A stretch of 25,849 nucleotides of DNA, from positions 1 to 25,849 of IMG/VR virus record IMGVR_UViG_3300038393_000228; one strand, given 5' to 3'. This stretch comes from a virus (taxonomy: Duplodnaviria > Caudoviricetes). The notes under the pieces were generated by a model. That model did not search any database. It saw nothing but the letters and a program-made list of their open reading frames with translations, and was not told where the DNA came from. The position numbers and the translations under genes are program-made. This document shows, piece by piece, positions 15,820 to 22,882 of this stretch (its first letter is position 1; each line of letters opens with the position of its first letter).

Positions 15820-18041
15820 TGTGCCGCCCTCGGCTCACCACGCTCAAAAGCCCGGCCGATAGAAGCCGCCTGCGCCTGTTGAACGCTGGCCTGCCGGTCC
15901 TTCTCGGCATTCTGGTCAGCGCGGTCTAGTTTCTCGCGTTCAAGCTGCATGGTGGCGGCAAGCTTTGCAGCCTCAATCCGCTCATGGGATGCGATCTTCT
16001 CACGCTCAAGCTGCATCTTGTCCGCATCCGCCTGCGCCTTAAGCTGCGCATCGTGCATCTTGGCTTGCGTTTCCTTCTCAAGCTCGGCTCGCTTGATGAC
16101 AAGATCGGCATCTCGTTGCTGTTGCTCGCGTGAGGCGTCAACCTGCATCTTCTTGTCGGCAAGCTGTAGCTGAACCTGTCCCTTGGCCTGCTCGATCTGC
16201 AACGCGCCTTGCGTCTTTTCCTGCTCGGGCGACGGTCGATTAGCCTGCTGATCCAGCAAAGCTTGCACTTCCTGCGGATCGGGCTTGGTGAAATATAGAT
16301 CGGGCGATTTCAGCCCGGCCGCCTCAACCATCTTCGACACGGCGTTGTAAAGCTGATCCGGCTTGACGAATGGGTTGTTGGGGCCGAATGCCGCCAGTAG
16401 CTTTTCCTGCATCCCGGTGACGAACTGCATCATCATCAGGTCGCGCTCACGAGTGCCGGCACCAAGCCCGGTATTAACCGTGCAATCCATGTCCGCATTC
16501 CATGTGCGCGGATCGAACTCCACCCACTGATTGCGCAATCGAACCGTGCGCGGCTTGTCCTGGTGCTGAATAATCAGTTTCAACAGCCCGCGAAACACCG
16601 GCTTAAGGCAGTTCGCAATGGTGCGGACCATCAATTCAGTTTGACCGATGCCGGCCTGCTCGATCATGGCCGACGCCTTCGCCGTCATGTTCTGCAAGGC
16701 ATCCGGGGCCATGCCACTAGAGGCGTCAGAGATGCCAGTACGGTCGTGTTTCTCCTCATCGAGGTAGGAGAGCATCTGAAACGATTTATCGGCCACAAAT
16801 GGCACGACGTTGAAGCCAAGGGCCGTCCTAACGTCCGTCCCGCTTCGAACCACGATCGGCTCGCCAAAGCGGGGGTTCGTCACAGCGCCCCGGTTCTGGA
16901 TTATCCCTTCCTGAACGATCGGCTGCTGGTTGTTCTGCCAGTACAGGTTATCGAGGGTCTGGCGCAGCAGCACCGTCTTGATGCGCTGAATCTCGGCAAC
17001 GTCGTCCGTAACCGAATTGCCTTCCCATTGATGCGGCCTGCGCTCGCAAACAATATCGGCGTAGTTGATTTCGTCCCAAGGCTCGTTCTCGAGCAGGTAT
17101 TTCTCATTCAGCCCGCCGGCAAACACCAGCCGTCGCAATTCCGCGATGCCGTCGCCGTCCACATCGATCCGGGCCAGTAGTTCGTAGTAGTCGATTTCCT
17201 CCATCGCCTTCGAGGCTGGATCGTCACGAACCCATTCATCGCGGCGGCGCGTCGTCGCCTCTGCATCCTGCTCGCTGGTGTTAGCCCCAGCCATCGGGAT
17301 CAGGTCAACCTTCTCCCGGTCATAGCCCATTGCGACAAGATCAGAGCGCCGAATGCGGTAGTTCTCGCCTATAACAGGCGAGTCCAGCATCGTCAGCGCG
17401 TCGGGATGCATCAGGAAGTTTTCAGGCGTAATCGCTGCCAGCTTCGGGCATGATTTGGTGACCTTGCGGCGAATCCGGCAGTCATGCACCGGGCACGGAT
17501 ACGGGCCGTCAGGCCCCTCGCACATTTCCGTCCGCGCGGTGTGTTCCAGCACCTCTACGCTGTCATCTGACACAAGTTGCGTGAACGCCATGTCATCAAG
17601 CCCGGAATGCTCCGAATACTTGACCTCGATGCGCTTGTCCTGCCACCATTTGATGATGCCGTTGCGAAGCCGCAGAGCGTCGTCAATCGCGTCATGCACC
17701 GCATTCGGGCCGTCACTCTCAGGAAACACCAGCGAGTTGATGTAGTCCGTGGCCTGATCCGCCGCGCCCTCGTCGCCCTGCTCGTTGGGCTGATACTCGA
17801 CAACCTTGTCATTGCCGAGAATGATGCGGACGACGGACGGCAGAACCTTCTTGATCTCGCCACGCACATCACGCGAGACAACCTTGGAACGGCCGTCGTC
17901 GGAGGGCGTGTCCTTCATCACGCCGTCAAAATACTCCATCGCCCTCAAGCGATCAGGATTTTGGATGACGCGATAGGCTTCGCAGTCCCTAATGAGGCTG
18001 GCTACAATCTTACAGACGTCTACCGGGGCCATCTCCGCCAT
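15816..18041 (-). CDS. Portal protein (P22-like, with long C-terminal coiled-coil barrel)
   Basis: 741 aa. Motifs GRSKVVSRDV, DQATDYIN, DALRLRNGIIKWW, IQRIKTVLLRQTLDNLY and VNTGLGAG; Q/E/K/A-rich C-terminal heptads. Confidence 0.93.
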   Translation of the reverse strand: MAEMAPVDVCKIVASLIRDCEAYRVIQNPDRLRAMEYFDGVMKDTPSDDGRSKVVSRDVRGEIKKVLPSVVRIILGNDKVVEYQPNEQGDEGAADQATDYINSLVFPESDGPNAVHDAIDDALRLRNGIIKWWQDKRIEVKYSEHSGLDDMAFTQLVSDDSVEVLEHTARTEMCEGPDGPYPCPVHDCRIRRKVTKSCPKLAAITPENFLMHPDALTMLDSPVIGENYRIRRSDLVAMGYDREKVDLIPMAGANTSEQDAEATTRRRDEWVRDDPASKAMEEIDYYELLARIDVDGDGIAELRRLVFAGGLNEKYLLENEPWDEINYADIVCERRPHQWEGNSVTDDVAEIQRIKTVLLRQTLDNLYWQNNQQPIVQEGIIQNRGAVTNPRFGEPIVVRSGTDVRTALGFNVVPFVADKSFQMLSYLDEEKHDRTGISDASSGMAPDALQNMTAKASAMIEQAGIGQTELMVRTIANCLKPVFRGLLKLIIQHQDKPRTVRLRNQWVEFDPRTWNADMDCTVNTGLGAGTRERDLMMMQFVTGMQEKLLAAFGPNNPFVKPDQLYNAVSKMVEAAGLKSPDLYFTKPDPQEVQALLDQQANRPSPEQEKTQGALQIEQAKGQVQLQLADKKMQVDASREQQQRDADLVIKRAELEKETQAKMHDAQLKAQADADKMQLEREKIASHERIEAAKLAATMQLEREKLDRADQNAEKDRQASVQQAQAASIGRAFERGEPRAAQ

Positions 18042-18598
18042 TATGGGGCCATCCCGTGACGTGCAGTGTAACCATGCGCCGCCTGAGCAGCGGATCGAAC
18101 TGCCCTAGCTTCTTCCAAGTCTCCGAATGATCCGAGATAAAGATGCTTCCCGTCTACTCTCAGGCGCGCGACCCAACGACCGCCCTGTCTCACCACGCCA
18201 GTAGCCCCACTTTTATTGCGGTCTACCATTTTCATATTGTGCATGTTCTGAGATCGAGTGGCGGACCTTAGATTTCCCCATCGATTGTTAGATCGATCAC
18301 CATCAATATGATCAATGTCGTCGGGGGGGCGCGCGCCAGTCATCATCATCCAAATAACGCGGTGCGCTCTCATAGTGCGCCCTTGAATGGCTCCTTGGCG
18401 GTAACCATCGTCAGTAAGATAGGTGAATGCTTCCTTGCCGGCATAAGTGCTGTTCCAAGCCTTTGCGCGCCTTTCAGGCGACCATGAACCGCTCCGGTTA
18501 AACATCTCCGGGGGCCGCTCACGCCAAAATAGCTTGCCGGTTTCCGGCTCGTAGCGAAGAACTACCTTGCACAGGTCCGCGTCTTGCATTTCGGGCAT
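18041..18598 (-). mobile_element. Free-standing HNH homing endonuclease with AP2 domain
   Basis: 185 aa. Motifs LRYEPETGKLFWR, AHRVIWMM, DIDHIDGDRSNNRWGNLR, QNMHN and SGATGV...WVAR...LYLGSF; its TAA overlaps the portal ATG. Confidence 0.92.
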
Positions 18599-18607
18599 TG
18601 ATATTCC

Positions 18608-20041
18608 TTACGCCACCTTGCGGGGCTGGAAATTCCAGGACTTGCTGTCCGGCTTGACCGTGGCGAACCGCAGCATCATCAGAGCGTAGCGAGACGCTGA
18701 AATCACGTCGTCGCGCTCTTTCACAATCTTGCCATCCTTGCGATGATACAGTCGGCGCTCTTCCAGCCACTCGCCGCAGGTCGAAAATACCTTCCAGCGC
18801 CCAGTTTGCATTCTCTGCAACATGTCAGAAATACCGGCCTCAACACCGTTTGTACCATCGTCGAACGTAGCGCGCTCAGGAAGCATCTGCAGATGCTGAT
18901 CGCGGTATTGCTTGGCGAGTTGATCGCCCGAGCCCTTGTCGTGCTGTAGCCCGTCGTGAGGCCATGCCCACGGCAACCAGTCGCCCCACGGTCTCAGCGC
19001 CGCCGCATGAATAATCGGCGTGGTTTGCCGTTCACGGTAATTCGCTGTGACATAAACCGTGTCGTTATCACGGTCCCAAGCCAGACGCACAGCGCCAAAC
19101 GGGTGATCATATCCAAAGTCCACGCCGCCAATCTGCGGCCAAATCTTCGGAATATCGAACGGTGCGACAATGATGCTTTCCTCAAGCACCGGAAAGATCA
19201 ACCCGCTACCAAGCGTCGGGATACCCTTGGTGCGAGCCTCGCGTTCATGTGCCGGATATCCGTCGATGATCGTCTTGCGCTCAGCTTCCGTGAAATGCTC
19301 AGCATCATCAATGGTCATCGTGACCTTGGCGCGGTCGGGGCTTTCCTCCAGGAAGAACCGCGCTACCACGCTCGACATGCCCTTAAGCGGCGTGAACGTC
19401 ACCATGACGCTGCCCTTGGTGGCATTCGTGCGCGTTATGCCCTCGAAATACACATCCTCCGGCGGCTCTTCATCGAACCAAACGAAATCAACCGTGTTAG
19501 CCTGCCACTTCGACCGGCCTTGATCGTAGCTCTTGAGGTACAGCGTCGAATAACCGCCCGACACATGCTTAACCGTTACCGTATCCAAGGCGTTTGAAAC
19601 GCCCATCCTTCGCGTTCTATCCTTGATGCAGCGTTGCGGAATAAAACCCGTGCCCCATTCCTCCTCGCGGTCAGGCGGTCCTACCAAGAGCCGCTGCACA
19701 CCATCGCGCGTTAGCTCCGCGGATTCCGAGCCTGCAATCACGATGCCGGGCTTATCGAAGCGCCGCCCCTCCCACCAATCGGGATATTCGCCCGTCAGAT
19801 GCATCGAGGTTTCAGCCGCGCCGGCCAAAGTTTTGCCCAACTGATTACCGGCGACGAACAGCCGCTCCCGAACCTTGAGAGCGTGAAATTCCTTCTGCTT
19901 CGGATAAGGCTTGTAGTGCTTGAGCCGGTTAGTGCGGTTTCGACGGTCCAACTCCGCCATCAACTCCGCCTGCTCCCTCAAGAGCAAGGAAAGGCCGGAT
20001 GGCGGCGTCAAGGGACCGGACTCGCTCGATAAGCTGCTCAT
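18608..20041 (-). CDS. terL: Terminase large subunit (P22-like); start is either ATG 20041 or ATG 19960
   Basis: Walker A AGNQLGKT, Walker B FVWFDEEP, motif III TFTPLKG, and nuclease acidic residues GVDFG, WPHDG and DDVISASRYA. Confidence 0.95.
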   Translation of the reverse strand: MSSLSSESGPLTPPSGLSLLLREQAELMAELDRRNRTNRLKHYKPYPKQKEFHALKVRERLFVAGNQLGKTLAGAAETSMHLTGEYPDWWEGRRFDKPGIVIAGSESAELTRDGVQRLLVGPPDREEEWGTGFIPQRCIKDRTRRMGVSNALDTVTVKHVSGGYSTLYLKSYDQGRSKWQANTVDFVWFDEEPPEDVYFEGITRTNATKGSVMVTFTPLKGMSSVVARFFLEESPDRAKVTMTIDDAEHFTEAERKTIIDGYPAHEREARTKGIPTLGSGLIFPVLEESIIVAPFDIPKIWPQIGGVDFGYDHPFGAVRLAWDRDNDTVYVTANYRERQTTPIIHAAALRPWGDWLPWAWPHDGLQHDKGSGDQLAKQYRDQHLQMLPERATFDDGTNGVEAGISDMLQRMQTGRWKVFSTCGEWLEERRLYHRKDGKIVKERDDVISASRYALMMLRFATVKPDSKSWNFQPRKVA

Positions 20042-20303
20042 CCGTCAAATGTTCTGTGCTGTTGATGTTGACGTTCAAATCCTTCGGAAGGATCATCGCG
20101 ATAACCTTTAAGTAAGCATCCGGCTTTGTCTCGCGGACCTTTCGAATGGCGGCAGGACCGTTAGCCTCCCAATCGGCCAACATATCCTCGATGAATGCCT
20201 CACCAAGCTTCGAACGCGCGCCTTTCGGGCGGCCAGAAAGATTTCCTGATACTCCCTGTAAGAACAGGCCCTTTTCATCTCTGGCTGGCTTCTCATCAGC
20301 CAT
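19929..20303 (-). CDS. terS: Terminase small subunit
   Basis: 124 aa with GLFLQGVSGNLSGRPKGARSKL (DUF5681-like pattern), PDAYLKVIA and LTDEQL; overlaps the start of TerL. Confidence 0.82.
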   Translation of the reverse strand: MADEKPARDEKGLFLQGVSGNLSGRPKGARSKLGEAFIEDMLADWEANGPAAIRKVRETKPDAYLKVIAMILPKDLNVNINSTEHLTDEQLIERVRSLDAAIRPFLALEGAGGVDGGVGPSKPH

Positions 20304-20586
20304 TGATCGTCTCCCGCAACACGTTCAGCGCCTGCTCTTGCTCAGGCGTCTTTGGCGTGTCGCCGACGATTTCATACGGCAGCGCGACAAACCGATCCGG
20401 CCCGCGCGTAGCGACAGGACCGTCTTGCGGCTGGCGTGCAATGACGCTCTCGACGAGCTCAGACGCCCTCGGTGCAGCTACGCCCGGCTTGCCCATCATG
20501 TGAGCCGTCAAAGCCTCGATGTGCGCCTGCACGTCTTGGGCAAATTGCGCGGGTTGGCCGGTTTGGCTCAAAGGAAGGCGGATCAT
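20296..20586 (-). CDS. Hypothetical protein
   Basis: Start reassigned to ATG 20586 (MIRLPLSQ...), ATGA-coupled to the upstream ORF; overlaps the terS start by 8 nt. Confidence 0.68.
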   Translation of the reverse strand: MIRLPLSQTGQPAQFAQDVQAHIEALTAHMMGKPGVAAPRASELVESVIARQPQDGPVATRGPDRFVALPYEIVGDTPKTPEQEQALNVLRETING

Positions 20587-20771
20587 GGCAACAGTGCCTT
20601 GGCTATCGAAGGCGGCAACATTTCGCCAACAAGAGGTTCTGCCACTTGCCAATCCTTGAACTGATCCTTCGATAGCGTTTCTCCGGGGAAGATATCCCGC
20701 GCGGCCCGGCAAATGAGATTGCCGTTATCATCGCGAAATTCATGGCCCTCTCGGAAGATTGGTTCACTCAT
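20583..20771 (-). CDS. Hypothetical protein
   Basis: 62 aa (MSEPIFREGHEFRDDNGNLICRAARDI), ATGA overlaps at both ends. Confidence 0.65.
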   Translation of the reverse strand: MSEPIFREGHEFRDDNGNLICRAARDIFPGETLSKDQFKDWQVAEPLVGEMLPPSIAKALLP

Positions 20772-21076
20772 GCAAACCTCGGATATTTCAACACAGCAGG
20801 CTCATCAGCGTTTGCGACCTGCTCGGAAGGCTCGGCATCTTGCAAAGGGGGACCACCATTGCTCATCAGATTGAGCGCATCCTTGACCGCATCCAGTTCG
20901 GTCTTGGCCTCGCTCAGAATGGCCTTGTGAGGCGCAAATGCTTCTTCCGTCTTGGCTTTGATAGCTTCTTCCTCGGCAATCAATGCGTCAGCTTCAGCCT
21001 CGATTGCCTCTGCGGCTCGCTGAGCCACACCTGCCGCCTTACTGAGCTTATCCTTGAGCCTTGCAATGGCTGTCAT
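20768..21076 (-). CDS. Ala/Glu-rich coiled-coil hypothetical protein
   Basis: Likely start ATG 21076 (MTAIARLKDKL) with GAGG RBS; a coupled TTG at 21166 is an alternative. Clear heptad pattern. Confidence 0.7.
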   Translation of the reverse strand: MTAIARLKDKLSKAAGVAQRAAEAIEAEADALIAEEEAIKAKTEEAFAPHKAILSEAKTELDAVKDALNLMSNGGPPLQDAEPSEQVANADEPAVLKYPRFA

Positions 21077-21162
21077 GCGCTTAACCTCTAGGCTCAACCC
21101 ATACACAGCATTGGCAAGGTCTCTGGCATAGGCGCTGAACCTGACGGCGGAGAAGGGTCTGT

Positions 21163-21459
21163 TCAAAACCGCTTGTGAAGCTCATCGATTAGCGAGAGAC
21201 ACGCGCGAAGGTGGTTCTCGGCATCCGAAAAACAGGATGACATGCCAACCAGAGGGGGTGACGCCGCCTTGATGGCGTTCGTGCCTCCGGTCCCGTCAAC
21301 CCTGGACAACAGCCCTTCGAGCCTGCCCTCCAGGCCTTCGAGGCCGCTTGCGAGACCTGAAGCGCGCTCAACGAAGCCAAGCTGGCGCGGTGCGTTCAAA
21401 GCATTTGGACTGGCCGCCTGATAACCTAACGCCTGTGCCTGCATTCCAGTCGAAATCAT
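21163..21459 (-). CDS. Hypothetical protein (two amphipathic helices)
   Basis: Start reassigned to ATG 21459 (MISTGMQAQ) with GGGA RBS just after the terminator. The track's longer version crosses the promoter, terminator and upstream gene. Confidence 0.65.
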   Translation of the reverse strand: MISTGMQAQALGYQAASPNALNAPRQLGFVERASGLASGLEGLEGRLEGLLSRVDGTGGTNAIKAASPPLVGMSSCFSDAENHLRACLSLIDELHKRF

Positions 21460-21474
21460 TTCGCAATTCCCATG

Positions 21475-21507
21475 AAAAAACCCGGTCGCGGGGTTAACCG
21501 GCCGGGG
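21475..21507 (-). terminator. Putative leader terminator (tR'-like) of the late operon
   Basis: Minus strand CCCGGCCG...CGACCGGG-TTTTTT: GC stem with one mismatch and six U. Confidence 0.65.
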
Positions 21508-21531
21508 GCGCACAACTTTAGAACATGCCCT

Positions 21532-21561
21532 ATATGGGGTGCTTCGGCGTAACGTGTCAAG
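21532..21561 (-). promoter_or_regulatory. Putative late promoter (pR'-like)
   Basis: CTTGACA (21561-21555), 17 nt, CCATAT (21537-21532). Resembles the alphaproteobacterial RpoD consensus CTTGAC..CTATAT; begins 6 nt after the regulator's stop codon. Confidence 0.62.
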
Positions 21562-21566
21562 CGGGG

Positions 21567-22091
21567 TCATGTTATGCCCCACAGACCTGCGAGCATTTCG
21601 CCTGCAATCTTGAGCGCCATTGTGGATTCCGAACGGGCTTGCGGAGCATTCCCGACAGCCACACCAGCCGCCAATGGCATCTCGTAGCAAACCACGCGCT
21701 CCACCACGTTCGACGCAATGATGCCAATCTTACCTACCGCCTTTCGATACTGCTGCCGGTGATCTGCCTGTTGCTCGGTCTTCGCCATGTGCGAAAAGTT
21801 CGTTGCGTCGCTGGCAAAGACGCGGTTGGCGTCCACAGACGAGATCGAGCCGCTTAGTCCGGCATGATACCAGTGATGCTTGTATTTCATCAGCGCCCGG
21901 TACGGAGCCGGATCAATCGCCCCGCGTGACAGCATCCGGTCCAATGGGCTGTCCTGCATAGCGATAATCTTGTTCCCGTCATTGTCGATGACGCGCTTCA
22001 TGTCGCCGGCCGCCTGCTTCACCCGCTCCGGCGTTGGCCCCATCGACCTGCTTTCGACGGTTATCGTTCTGGTCTTGCGCCTTGCGGCCAT
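21567..22091 (-). CDS. Late-gene regulator / antiterminator, DUF6456-like
   Basis: Start reassigned to ATG 22091 (MAARRK). Motifs DSPLDRMLSRGAID...ALMKYKHHWYHAGL, VVERVVC and LKIAGEMLAGLWGI; in the lambda-Q-like position ahead of the packaging genes. Confidence 0.68.
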   Translation of the reverse strand: MAARRKTRTITVESRSMGPTPERVKQAAGDMKRVIDNDGNKIIAMQDSPLDRMLSRGAIDPAPYRALMKYKHHWYHAGLSGSISSVDANRVFASDATNFSHMAKTEQQADHRQQYRKAVGKIGIIASNVVERVVCYEMPLAAGVAVGNAPQARSESTMALKIAGEMLAGLWGIT

Positions 22092-22108
22092 AGGATGCCC
22101 CCTCGTGT

Positions 22109-22594
22109 TCACGTCCCGCATTCCTCGTATCTCTTGATGACCTCAGCGTCCGGGAAGTATTGTTTGACAGCGCCGACGAACTTGAACGCCTCGACCGAGG
22201 CCATGAGGACCGCTACCTCGTCAGGCGTGACAAGCACCACGTCCTGACCGTGCAGCTCGCGAACACGCGCCAGCGCAGCCTTCTGCGCCCCGACCGCGAC
22301 CTTGAGACCGGACGCTGGATCAGCGCCGAGCATGTAGGCGTCGTCCTCAGCGCCGGCATCAGTGAGACGCCGGACAGCAGCCGCATACCCGCGACACATG
22401 GCGGATCCTTGAAGTTCGACCTCCGCCGCCGTTCCTGTGATGCAGGCTTGGTCGAACAGGCCGCGCTGCTCAAACAGCCGGCGCGCCAACTCGGCATCGA
22501 CCCGACGTAGCGCCAGCTCGGTCCAGCGAGACTCGAACGGGAGTGCGGCGGCGCTGACTTCGGCCAGCCAATGGCGAACGATCGAGCTGCTCAT
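22109..22594 (-). CDS. Hypothetical protein
   Basis: Likely start ATG 22594 (MSSSIVRHW...FESRW...TPDEVA...VKQYFPDAEV), with coding-like GC bias. Confidence 0.75.
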   Translation of the reverse strand: MSSSIVRHWLAEVSAAALPFESRWTELALRRVDAELARRLFEQRGLFDQACITGTAAEVELQGSAMCRGYAAAVRRLTDAGAEDDAYMLGADPASGLKVAVGAQKAALARVRELHGQDVVLVTPDEVAVLMASVEAFKFVGAVKQYFPDAEVIKRYEECGT

Positions 22595-22650
22595 GCCGAC
22601 ACCGCCTGCCGGGGGGCGCAACATTTCGAACGCCGTTCCTTACTTACCCC

Positions 22651-22860
22651 TATACGTACATGCATATACGTACATATGTAGATATATAAATATTTTAGAG
22701 AAAGAAGTGTTGCGGTGTTGCGCCCGCCGCCATACCATTGCGTCGTAACAGCTTTTCGCGCCACACTTTGCAAAATCAAAGTGTGACGCAACACTTCCAA
22801 TGTGTTGATAATAAAATTGCGCAACACGTTGAGCCGTTGCCGCAACACGTTCAAAACGGC
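22651..22860. other. Putative replication origin: AT-rich tract plus CGCAACAC iterons and inverted repeats
   Basis: AT-rich 22651-22703. CGCAACAC forward at 22787, 22820 and 22841; reverse (GTGTTGCG) at 22707 and 22715. Perfect 9-bp inverted repeat CACACTTTG-N6-CAAAGTGTG at 22762-22785. Immediately downstream of the primase-helicase gene. Confidence 0.68.
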
Positions 22861-22882
22861 CCTTTTTTGCAATGTGTGGCAC

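Noticed and set aside
15107-19597. Long plus-strand ORFs 15107-15742, 16563-17180, 17577-18059 and 18956-19597
   Set aside because: Antisense to scaffold, portal and terminase; expected from high-GC codon bias.
19929-20303. pac site within terS
   Set aside because: Plausible by analogy with P22 headful packaging, but no sequence feature lets me locate it; read-terminus analysis is needed.
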